Source of the DNA: Candidatus Zixiibacteriota bacterium
GTDB lineage: Bacteria > Zixibacteria > MSB-5A5 > GN15 > FEB-12
DNA length: 41,577 nt
Assembly (NCBI GenBank): GCA_029858555.1
Contig: JAOUEU010000003.1
Coordinates: forward strand, 1 to 41,577
Direction: 5' to 3'
A program made the position numbers and the translations under genes. Below the pieces are notes generated by a model that was not told the DNA's origin, ran no database searches, and saw only the letters and a list, made by a program, of their open reading frames with translations. The stretch's first letter is position 1, and the number at the start of each line of letters is the position of its first letter. Below, one piece after another: positions 28,584 to 37,293 of this stretch.

Positions 28584-31499
28584 TCACTTCAAAAGAGTCA
28601 TTTTTTTGCTGCTAACATTCCCGCCGGACTCCAGTCTGTAGAAGTACACCCCATTAGCGGCTGTACGCCCGTCACTAGCGGTGCCATCCCAGACAACCGA
28701 GTGCGTACCCGCTGACAGGATTCCCGAGTGAAGGGTTTTGACTTCGCGTCCCAAAATATTTATCACTGTCAGGTCCGTCTCTGCTGCCCTCGGCAGCGAA
28801 AATGTGATGGTCGTAGCAGGATTGAATGGGTTGGGGTAATTCTGCAACAACTCAAACTTGTCGGGGACGCTGGGATCGACAAATGTCACATCCGTGGCGA
28901 CATCATACTTGTCCCGGGCGCGGTCTGCATTTGCGAACAGAGTACTCAAATCATTCCCGCAAACAAGGGCAAACGCAATGTCCGCCGACTCCCGCGGCCG
29001 CAGAGTAAACGCCCCGCCATGCGCGAGGAAGAGCATATCGCCCAGGCGCGTGCTGTCTACATCACTGCCGGTCGCGGATACCATCTTATACAACTGGACG
29101 CGTGTGAATCCGGCTTTGTTCAGCCCATTTTCCAGGCTCGTGAAATTCGTTATTCCGTCCAGAGCGACCAGTCCGACCAGCGGTGAACCATCGCCGGATT
29201 GATAGACGATTCCTCTATCTCGATCAAGGGTTACTCGATCGCCGTCCGAACTCAGATCCAGATCAACCATAAACCCGAAGCACAGACCGGTGAGTGTCTC
29301 AACGGATTCGTTTCTCAGTTGAAACTTGAACAGGATATAACCGGTTTCGCCCGACGAGTTGTAGCTGATAGTTTCGTGGCCGACGCTGATAGGGATTGGA
29401 ATATCCGAGTAAGTATCTGCAGAAGAAGATTCGAGCCGGAAGCCCCCCTCCGCATCCGCCAGGCCGGCGGAAAGAGCCTCGACGGGCGTAAAATCGGATG
29501 GCGCGTACTGACCGAGACTGTCACGAACCGAACTCGATATCTGCAGGCTGTTTCGGCCGACTATCATTCCGGCTTCGTACAGAAGGTTGTTGCTGCCCTG
29601 GTAGCGCAAACCCTGACTGCTGAGATTATATATTGATCCCGGAGCAAACCCAAACTGGCCGAAATCCGAAACGCAGAGGCTGATTTCCCCGTTTTCATGC
29701 GCCGCGATATTGCCCGCCGGCGGTATCCCAACCGTCAGACTGAACTCGAAAGTCTGAAAGACAGTATCACCGGGAAGACTGATATCCAGCTTGAATGGCA
29801 CCAGCAGACCGTTACGCAGATATGGCTCAAACCGCACCAGGCACGGCATCTCGCTGACAGCATGTATACCGCCTTCCCCAAATACAAAATTCGCCACCCC
29901 ATTTAGTATCTGCACGCCGCTGTCACCCACAAACCTGAGAGTGCCGACAATTTCCTCGACACTGCCACCCGAATTAGTCAAGCCTATCTCCAGCTCGAAG
30001 GTCTCGGAAGGGAAAGCCACGCCGTCACCGAGAATCTGGGCGGCCGACAAATTCATCTCCGGGGCCAGCGGCACCGGGAGATAGGCCAGGAGTCTTGCGG
30101 CATCGGGCAGTCCATATCCGTATGCATTGTCTTCGCCGGTCACTCCCAGATCGGTGGCAGCCTGTATGAAGGCATACTTAATTTGCTCCACGGTCGACTC
30201 CGGGCTGTACTGCCGCATCAGGGCCACCAGACCCCCAATGTAAGGCGCTGCCATGGAAGTGCCGCTCATGTACTTGTAGGTGCCGTCTTTATAGGAGGAA
30301 CGGATGGAGACACCGGGGGCGACAATTTCCGGCTTTTTCTGGGAGTGATCGCATGACGACGGACCCCGACTGGAGAACGATGCGATCAGACGATTGTTGT
30401 CAACGGCTCCCACTGAAAACGTATTGGTTGGAGTCGTGGCCATATCGGCCGGGTATCTCAGTGTCATCTCGGCCGGGCCCTCGTTGCCGGCCGAAAACAC
30501 CGTGACGATACCAGCCGCTTCGACGTTGGCAATGGCAGCCGTAAAGAGGTTGTCACAAGGGGTAAACAATCCCTTCGGTACTCCCCAGCTGTTCAGTATC
30601 ACATCCGGCACGTCGTCAGTTGTACTCTCATTGCCGTCCGGGTTAAGGGTCCACTCGAAAGCTTCGAGAATATCATTCAACGTCGCCGGGAGAGTTTTCC
30701 CCTGGTCTATAACACCGGCTGCGATCCACTCGGCCTGCGGGGCGACTCCGAAGGTGTCCGCCTCCACTGCGCCGACCATTACACCCATCGTGTGGGTGCC
30801 ATGTCCCACGTTGTCGATCGGCCCGTCGTTCGGCGACACCGTGGAAAACCAGGTGGCCGAGAGACTGGCGTGATTGCCGCGCCATTTGCCGGACAGGGCC
30901 GGGTGGGTGCCTTCGACGCCCGTGTCGAAGGAGCAGACCAGACGTCCCTGACCGTAAAGGCCGCGATCCCACAAGGCCGGCACATTCAACAACTGCAACT
31001 GTTCCGACACGGCTACGGCAGTTGCGAACGGTGCCGGGTCCGTCTTAACGGGCTCCGGATACGTCAACCTAACATTCTCGACCACTCTCTTAACGCCAAC
31101 CAGATCACTTAAAACCTCGATTCGAGAAACCGAAATTGTGGCCACATATGCCGGAACAATCCAGCGTTGAACAACAGCGACGGACGAATGCTCCTCAAGG
31201 TATTTTTTGATCTCTGCTGCTCGAGGGGCCTCGTAGCTGCGAAGATATCGAGTGACCTGCTTGATGCGTTCGGCCCGCGTCTGGCTGGCTTGACTTGTCC
31301 GCGTTACGGCATCCTTGCCCGGACCGTTATCGAGAAAGACCACAACCTCGACAAGACTGTCCCGGCCGTCCTCCTGATAATCAGCAATGAGTCCCTCCAG
31401 GGACGGGGACAGCATCTGGCCGGAAGCCGATGAAGTCGAGATGGTTAATATGAGGAAGTAACAGCCGATTGCCGCGAAATTGCCGATCTTTGAAGTCAT
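28584..31499 (-). CDS. S8 subtilisin-like serine protease (bacillopeptidase F-like catalytic domain) with propeptide and T9SS-like CTD
   Basis: FDTG, GHGTHTMG, SAGN, SGTSMA; CTD LLQNYPNPFNP...NGVYFY...KMTLLK. ATG 31499 has a GGGAG RBS (ORF track starts at 31511). Confidence 0.92.
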   Translation of the reverse strand: MTSKIGNFAAIGCYFLILTISTSSASGQMLSPSLEGLIADYQEDGRDSLVEVVVFLDNGPGKDAVTRTSQASQTRAERIKQVTRYLRSYEAPRAAEIKKYLEEHSSVAVVQRWIVPAYVATISVSRIEVLSDLVGVKRVVENVRLTYPEPVKTDPAPFATAVAVSEQLQLLNVPALWDRGLYGQGRLVCSFDTGVEGTHPALSGKWRGNHASLSATWFSTVSPNDGPIDNVGHGTHTMGVMVGAVEADTFGVAPQAEWIAAGVIDQGKTLPATLNDILEAFEWTLNPDGNESTTDDVPDVILNSWGVPKGLFTPCDNLFTAAIANVEAAGIVTVFSAGNEGPAEMTLRYPADMATTPTNTFSVGAVDNNRLIASFSSRGPSSCDHSQKKPEIVAPGVSIRSSYKDGTYKYMSGTSMAAPYIGGLVALMRQYSPESTVEQIKYAFIQAATDLGVTGEDNAYGYGLPDAARLLAYLPVPLAPEMNLSAAQILGDGVAFPSETFELEIGLTNSGGSVEEIVGTLRFVGDSGVQILNGVANFVFGEGGIHAVSEMPCLVRFEPYLRNGLLVPFKLDISLPGDTVFQTFEFSLTVGIPPAGNIAAHENGEISLCVSDFGQFGFAPGSIYNLSSQGLRYQGSNNLLYEAGMIVGRNSLQISSSVRDSLGQYAPSDFTPVEALSAGLADAEGGFRLESSSADTYSDIPIPISVGHETISYNSSGETGYILFKFQLRNESVETLTGLCFGFMVDLDLSSDGDRVTLDRDRGIVYQSGDGSPLVGLVALDGITNFTSLENGLNKAGFTRVQLYKMVSATGSDVDSTRLGDMLFLAHGGAFTLRPRESADIAFALVCGNDLSTLFANADRARDKYDVATDVTFVDPSVPDKFELLQNYPNPFNPATTITFSLPRAAETDLTVINILGREVKTLHSGILSAGTHSVVWDGTASDGRTAANGVYFYRLESGGNVSSKKMTLLK

Positions 31500-31536
31500 C
31501 AGGTCTCCCATTCATAAGGTCCACATGGGAGCTTGA

Positions 31537-31552
31537 AGCAAAGGTTATGCCG
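31537..31552 (-). promoter_or_regulatory. sigma54 (-24/-12) promoter for the protease pair
   Basis: CGGCATAACCTTTGCT: GG-N10-GC with TTGC, ~40 nt upstream of the start codon. Confidence 0.65.
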
Positions 31553-31692
31553 CAGCCGGTGTATATTCGGCGGCTTGCGGGTTATGCAACCGCCTGCGTG
31601 ACAGCGTTGGCGTGCACAGCTAAGCCCTTATGATATAACAACATGGAGTGGGAGGGCTCATGCCCCCGGCGCGAATTCCAAAAACCCCTGAA

Positions 31693-31709
31693 TTTGCATA
31701 GTCTGCAAA
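31693..31709. promoter_or_regulatory. Palindrome, candidate enhancer-binding-protein site
   Basis: TTTGCA-TAGTC-TGCAAA, ~140-160 bp upstream of the sigma54 site. Confidence 0.4.
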
Positions 31710-31792
31710 ACGTGATTTCCGTTTCACAGTGTCCGCCGATGGGGCGCAAAATTTTACAGGATTATTGGCACTGAAAGCTCTATATTGACCCG

Positions 31793-33970
31793 ATGTCTTC
31801 ATCCCTGACCGACAAGTGCAGGACCAACTGGGGGCTCCTGCTTGTCCTGGCGCTGGCCTGCCTCATCCGCGTTTATTACCTTCTCGAATATCAGTCCCTG
31901 CCCGATTGGGATATGCTGACCGTCGACAACAACTATCACCACCACTGGGCGCTCTCGATTGCCGGCGGCGATATCCTCGGAGACACCACTTATTTCAGAG
32001 CCCCCTTCTATGTCTTCTGTCTCAGCTTTCTCTACTGGTTATTCGGAGCTTCTCTCTGGGTAGGCCGCATCTTCGGTATGACCCTTGGGCTTGGCTCGAT
32101 AGTCGTCACCTGCCTGTTGACCCGGCCCCTCTTTGGCCGCAAAGTGGCCCTGGTGGCAGCGGTACTGCAGGCCGTCAATCCTGTCATGATATACTTCGAG
32201 GGAGAATTGCTGCTGGATCCGCTCTTCATGTTACTCCTTCAACTGGCGGTCTACCGCCTGGTGCACTGGCTCGACGGGCACCGCCCGAGCGACGCCTTTT
32301 GGACAGGATTGTTTTTAGCTTTAGCATCGATTACCCGGCCCACCGCGCTGATGTTCATCGTCATCATCCCGCTGAGTGTGCTGCTGTTCAAACGGCCCGA
32401 AAAACGACTTGCAGTTCAATTTATGAGCTTTCTGCTCCCGCTGGTTGTTATTGTCGGTGCCGTCTTTGTCAGGAACCTTGCCGTCGCCGGTGATCCGGTC
32501 ATCGTCGCATCGCAGGGTGGAATAAACTTCTATATCGGGAATAACCCTGATGCTGATGGACTGTCCGCCGCTTTGCCGGAGCCCCTGGGTCACAACTGGA
32601 AAGTTCAGGACATATCCTATGTCGCCCAAAAAGAAACGGGTGAAAAACTTCTTCCGGGGCAGGTGTCAGCGTTCTGGACGAGCAGGGCGATGGAATGGAT
32701 TGCAGGTCAGCCCGGACAATTCCTCAGTCTTTATGGCAAGAAACTATACCACAACTTTTCCAATAGAGAGATATCCAACAACCGCTCGTTGGCGGCCTTT
32801 TTCGCAAAGATGCCCATCCTGAAATACAGCCCGGTAACATTCGGCCTTCTGCTGTCCCTGGCTGTTGTCGGTCTTATGGCCGGCTGGCGGAGCCGTTTTG
32901 AGACGAAACTGCTGCTCCTTCTAATGGCGGCCTATCTCGCGGCATCTTCGCTCTTCTTCTTCAACAGCCGCTTCCGATTACCCCTTTTGCCCTTCTACGT
33001 GACCCTCGCCGCAAACGGACTCTGGTTCCTGGCAAGGGCCGTCGCCACCAGGCCCCGAGCCGTCATAACTCCGGCTCTCATCGGTGCAGTGACGGCGGTC
33101 TTTTCGTTTTACCCGGTGATACCGTTGCCGGAAGGGCAGATTACAATGCGATTGATGACGGAAGGCCTGTACGCCTACACCGAAGGCCGCTACGGGCAGG
33201 CGCTGAGCGATTTTCGCAGCGCCCTGGCCGCCGAGCCGTCCTTCCCGGAGATAAATCTGAACGTCGGGGCCTGCCATTTCCGGCTGGGACACCAGGATTC
33301 CGCCTACTATTACTTCAATCGTGAAAAACAACTTCACCCGGGACGACACAAGGCCTACACCAACATCGCCTCGCTGCTCCTTCTGAACGGCCGCTACCGC
33401 GAGGCCGTCGCCGAAGTGTCGCTGGCCCTGCAAAGGCGTCCCTATGATATCCAGTCGCACATGATCCGTCTGCGCGCCGCTGCGGCACAGCCCGAAATTA
33501 CCGGCGACAGCCTGCTCGGACTCGTTTTCGACGCCGTCGACAAGGCCGGAAATGATATCTTCCTGCTTGACGACGCAGCCGCGCTTTTCTCCCAGCGGGG
33601 CGACCAGGCCCGGGCCGAATCCGTGCTGTTGATAGCCAGGAACGCCGCGCCGCCGCCTATCGAGACTGATGACGCCGCCTTTGAACGTCATTTCAGAAAC
33701 AGCCGGGAAAACTGGAAGAAGGAGAGAGCTAAAACTTTCTACCAGCTTGGCTATATTGCAGGCCTGGACGGACGCTTCGATGAATCACTCGATTTCAGTC
33801 GACGGGCCATAGACGGCGATCCTGATCTCGTCGGCGCCTATGTCAACCTGGCCAGCGGCTTCATGTCCACCGGCCGGTTCAGCGAGGCTGACTCCATTCT
33901 GACAATCGCCACTGAAAAATTTCCCGACGATGAGCAAATCCGCTGGATGCTCAACAGTCTTGACAGATAA
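31793..33970 (+). CDS. GT-C fold membrane glycosyltransferase (PMT/ArnT-like) with C-terminal TPR repeats
   Basis: About 11-12 TMs; acidic first loop (VDNNY), RAPFY, EGELLLD, TRPT, NFYIGNNP, RFRLP; several TPR-like helical repeats at the C-terminus. Confidence 0.8.
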   Translation: MSSSLTDKCRTNWGLLLVLALACLIRVYYLLEYQSLPDWDMLTVDNNYHHHWALSIAGGDILGDTTYFRAPFYVFCLSFLYWLFGASLWVGRIFGMTLGLGSIVVTCLLTRPLFGRKVALVAAVLQAVNPVMIYFEGELLLDPLFMLLLQLAVYRLVHWLDGHRPSDAFWTGLFLALASITRPTALMFIVIIPLSVLLFKRPEKRLAVQFMSFLLPLVVIVGAVFVRNLAVAGDPVIVASQGGINFYIGNNPDADGLSAALPEPLGHNWKVQDISYVAQKETGEKLLPGQVSAFWTSRAMEWIAGQPGQFLSLYGKKLYHNFSNREISNNRSLAAFFAKMPILKYSPVTFGLLLSLAVVGLMAGWRSRFETKLLLLLMAAYLAASSLFFFNSRFRLPLLPFYVTLAANGLWFLARAVATRPRAVITPALIGAVTAVFSFYPVIPLPEGQITMRLMTEGLYAYTEGRYGQALSDFRSALAAEPSFPEINLNVGACHFRLGHQDSAYYYFNREKQLHPGRHKAYTNIASLLLLNGRYREAVAEVSLALQRRPYDIQSHMIRLRAAAAQPEITGDSLLGLVFDAVDKAGNDIFLLDDAAALFSQRGDQARAESVLLIARNAAPPPIETDDAAFERHFRNSRENWKKERAKTFYQLGYIAGLDGRFDESLDFSRRAIDGDPDLVGAYVNLASGFMSTGRFSEADSILTIATEKFPDDEQIRWMLNSLDR

Positions 33971-34003
33971 GAAAAGACCGGGGTCGCGCATCGGCGACCC
34001 CGG
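33969..34003 (-). terminator. Intrinsic terminator between the convergent GT and lipoprotein genes
   Basis: CCGGGGTCGC-gcatcg-GCGACCCCGG; minus strand followed by TCTTTTCTT. Confidence 0.75.
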
Positions 34004-34045
34004 CCGTTATTCACACACTATGCTTAAACAATCGATCAGCGAACG

Positions 34046-36232
34046 CTACCTCAAGACAGGTTCGTTCGCCGCCTCTCGCAACCGCTCCAGGTATTCCTTT
34101 CTGTGCTCGATGAAGTTGGCGCGGGCTTCCTCAAGAGTCATTCTGACAGGTGCATCCTTATATCGATTAACGGACATAGCCTCCGCCGCGGATTCCCCGT
34201 TCTCAGGATAGAGCCAGTCAAGGACACTATCGGCCAGTTGCTGCATCTGCGTCGTATCGACACCCAGCGGCGTGAAACAGAAGTGTACCGTCCGGAACAA
34301 CCCCGTATTCAGCCGATGCCCCACCGGTGAGCCCTCGAATGTAAGGTCGAACCCGAGCGGGTGGCTGTTGCCGTAGAATGACTTGTACAGGTACATAATC
34401 TCGGTACCGAAGCGCCGGGAGCACCAGTTCACCTCCGGCAGAGCCGGGACCCCTGGCCTCCATACGGGACGGCCGAGAATATCTTTCCAGATGTAGTTCG
34501 CGTGCAGAAGCGCCGTGTCAACGTCAAGGTTGGGCCATTTGGTGGAGTCAATACTGTAAGCCCCGACCCAGTCGGCGCTGTTATTGGGGAAATAAGCACA
34601 GTAATTCAGCACCATAGTACCAAGCCAGCCGGAATACACCGTACCGGCAACACCGAAATATAACTGATAGGTCGCCGGAATCTGTATGAAGAACTGCTGG
34701 CACTGGTTCCAGACGCGGTTCAGCATACCGCGCTCAAGAACCCAGACATTGATGCCGGCGTCGATGGCGGTGTAGATTGGGTCGGCGTTCTCGAAGAAAT
34801 TCGGATACTGAATATGATCATGAAAGACAATCAAGACTTTGTGCTTGAGCAACTCTACCAGCCTCAGACCGCCATCCGAAACGATATACTGGGGTCGGAA
34901 ATAGTCTCTCGCCTGTTGCCGGAAAGGCCCTGACTCTTCAGTAATGACCGTCGTATCAAAATCAATGCCGGGCTTCCAGCGCTCCATTGTCTTGGTCCAG
35001 AACTGCCTGGACACACTGATGCTAGTAGGCGCCGTGCTATTTCTGGCTGTCGGCAGCGTGAAATCAATAACCGCAACATCGCGCTCCCGGCGCGGGTCGA
35101 TAACCGTAAACGTCTTGAATGACGGCGCCAGGTCCGCCACCTGAGCATCGTCACGGCTTTTCACTTCAAACACAAAATACATCTCCACCGTCGTATCGAT
35201 GCCCGCTCCTCCGGGCGACAGGTAATACTTGGTGAAAACGTCATATATGGTGTCCAGACTGTCGGGCACCCACGGGTTCAGTTCATTTCCGGAAGACTGG
35301 GCCACGCGGTTGAATCCCTCATAGCCCGAATTTATGAAATCCTCGTCCTCTGAACGGAAGAAGGGTTCCAGGCCGCCGAATGCCGTCGTCGGCGTCGAGG
35401 CGTTGACAACAATCGTATCGCACTGAATATCCGTCGAATCGGCCGAAAAGAACGTGTCACACCGGAGAATCGTGTCCCCCATTCTGAAAACGCGGGCGTC
35501 CCTTGTCACGTAAACCTCCGTGAAAAAGGAATCGGCCAGCGCCGTAAACTGGGCCGCCGTGTAGGGGCCGAAAAGTTTCCATTTGAACTCAAACGGCGGC
35601 GGATCGGACGGATAGTCAATCGGGTCGGTACCACCCCACCGCAGCTTGACTCCCGTAATGACACCACCCGGTGTAATCGAGTTGACGAAGGGCGAGTCGA
35701 GAGTTACGCCGTAGACAACCGTCTGAGGCGGATTGTCATTGCGCGAGAAAAGACGATAGACGATGGTGCTCTCTTTGCCCTCCTCGTCGAAAGCCTGAAG
35801 GAACACGTACTGGGGGACGTAGGTGTTGACAGGATCGGACAGGTCCGCGGACATTTCAATCGTGTTGGTTGTCCTGGGATCGGCCTCGGTAGGATCTACG
35901 TCAAGGTATATCCAGCGATCGCCCGCAACGGTGGCGATGTACTCCTCGGGAGTCATCTCTCCGACCTCGGCCAGCGTGGTCACATGGTAACGGAAATAGT
36001 CAATCTGTCCGTCGCGGTCCGTTCCCACCCAGTAAACCACCGGGTTGCGCGAAAAAGTCTGTCCCTCCGGAGGGATGTTGACAAAATAGACGATCGGCGC
36101 CTGATTCGGAGTCTTATCACCTTTGAGTGTCTCGGTGCACCCGGAAAAGAGCAGGACGGAAGCCGCGGTAATTGTCAGTAGCAGAACTGCTAAAGAAATC
36201 TTTGTTTTCATATTGCTTTGCATTTTCCACAT
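34046..36232 (-). CDS. Large lipoprotein of unknown function (two Ig/FN3-like modules plus a C-terminal alpha/beta domain)
   Basis: Lipobox LFSG-C; repeated N..P....W.GTD modules; FEVKSRD. Start uncertain (36232, 36223 or 36211). Confidence 0.75.
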   Translation of the reverse strand: MWKMQSNMKTKISLAVLLLTITAASVLLFSGCTETLKGDKTPNQAPIVYFVNIPPEGQTFSRNPVVYWVGTDRDGQIDYFRYHVTTLAEVGEMTPEEYIATVAGDRWIYLDVDPTEADPRTTNTIEMSADLSDPVNTYVPQYVFLQAFDEEGKESTIVYRLFSRNDNPPQTVVYGVTLDSPFVNSITPGGVITGVKLRWGGTDPIDYPSDPPPFEFKWKLFGPYTAAQFTALADSFFTEVYVTRDARVFRMGDTILRCDTFFSADSTDIQCDTIVVNASTPTTAFGGLEPFFRSEDEDFINSGYEGFNRVAQSSGNELNPWVPDSLDTIYDVFTKYYLSPGGAGIDTTVEMYFVFEVKSRDDAQVADLAPSFKTFTVIDPRRERDVAVIDFTLPTARNSTAPTSISVSRQFWTKTMERWKPGIDFDTTVITEESGPFRQQARDYFRPQYIVSDGGLRLVELLKHKVLIVFHDHIQYPNFFENADPIYTAIDAGINVWVLERGMLNRVWNQCQQFFIQIPATYQLYFGVAGTVYSGWLGTMVLNYCAYFPNNSADWVGAYSIDSTKWPNLDVDTALLHANYIWKDILGRPVWRPGVPALPEVNWCSRRFGTEIMYLYKSFYGNSHPLGFDLTFEGSPVGHRLNTGLFRTVHFCFTPLGVDTTQMQQLADSVLDWLYPENGESAAEAMSVNRYKDAPVRMTLEEARANFIEHRKEYLERLREAANEPVLR

Positions 36233-36253
36233 CGTTTGTTACCCCGCCTTCCT

Positions 36254-37246
36254 CTAAAATGCGACCGTCATGGTGAAACGGTGAACCTGTGTCAACACGC
36301 CGAAATCCTGGAAGGCGTAATCGAAACCCATCTCGCGGTCTTCCCCGAAGGGTAACCTCAGACCGCCGCCAGCCGTAAAGCCATCGACGTCATAATTGAA
36401 TCGGCCGCCCGCGCGAAGTATGAAGCGGTCCTTGAAAATGTACTCGAGGCCGGTGTTGTACTTTTCAAGATTATCGGAAGGGTGCGAGCCCTCCGCCGCA
36501 AAGGTCATCAGATGATCCTCGGCTTCGACAACGTTGATACAGCCGCCGAACTTGAAGTTGATTGGAAGGGGGTAGGTTTTCTGGATGAATTTCATGTCCG
36601 GACCGAAATTAGTGATGACCATCGCAATCTTGAATCCCCTGAATCCGGTGTCATAGATGGTCCCGACGTCGGCGCTCCAACCGTTGGCGCTGTAGTCGTG
36701 AGCATACTCACCAATGTACTTGACCGAGAAACCGATGGAGAAACGGTCCGTCAGATAACGGCCGTAACTTACCGACGCGGCAAAGTCATTGTACGAGAAA
36801 ACACGCCCGGTACCCTCGTAGGTGCCGTCATTGTAATCCCGTTCTATCATATCTCCGGACCAGAGGGAGTACACACCGATACCCAGCACGCCGCCGACCG
36901 ATTCCAGCGGAAAGCCGATTCCGCCAAAACCGTACTGGATGCCGGCCGGCATGTCGATGTAAGTAGCGATAAACTCGCGACCGTACAGGGACGTCAATCC
37001 CGCCGGATTGTAATAAACGGCCGAGATGTCATCCGAAACCGCCGTGAAGGCCTCCGCCATACCCATAGCGCGCGCGGCAACACCCAACTCCAGAAACTGC
37101 GCCCCGGTCGTGCCGACCTTGGCCTGTCCCATCACCGGCGCCGGAAATAGAAAGATCACCAGACAGATTAGAACAGCGACACCAGCCAAGCCAGCTTCGC
37201 GACGATGCCTCCGGGTTGTGTATGACCAACTACCTTTGAAAAACAT
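36254..37246 (-). CDS. PorV/PorQ family outer-membrane beta-barrel protein
   Basis: KVGTTGAQFL.LGVAARAMGMAEA...YYNPAGL, NFGPD, YPLP..F..G, GLEY, FDYAF, terminal F. ATG 37246 has a GAGGA RBS. Confidence 0.88.
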   Translation of the reverse strand: MFFKGSWSYTTRRHRREAGLAGVAVLICLVIFLFPAPVMGQAKVGTTGAQFLELGVAARAMGMAEAFTAVSDDISAVYYNPAGLTSLYGREFIATYIDMPAGIQYGFGGIGFPLESVGGVLGIGVYSLWSGDMIERDYNDGTYEGTGRVFSYNDFAASVSYGRYLTDRFSIGFSVKYIGEYAHDYSANGWSADVGTIYDTGFRGFKIAMVITNFGPDMKFIQKTYPLPINFKFGGCINVVEAEDHLMTFAAEGSHPSDNLEKYNTGLEYIFKDRFILRAGGRFNYDVDGFTAGGGLRLPFGEDREMGFDYAFQDFGVLTQVHRFTMTVAF

Positions 37247-37293
37247 GGTGTCCTCGTTACGTATATACTGTGAACTTATCTTCAACCTTACCC

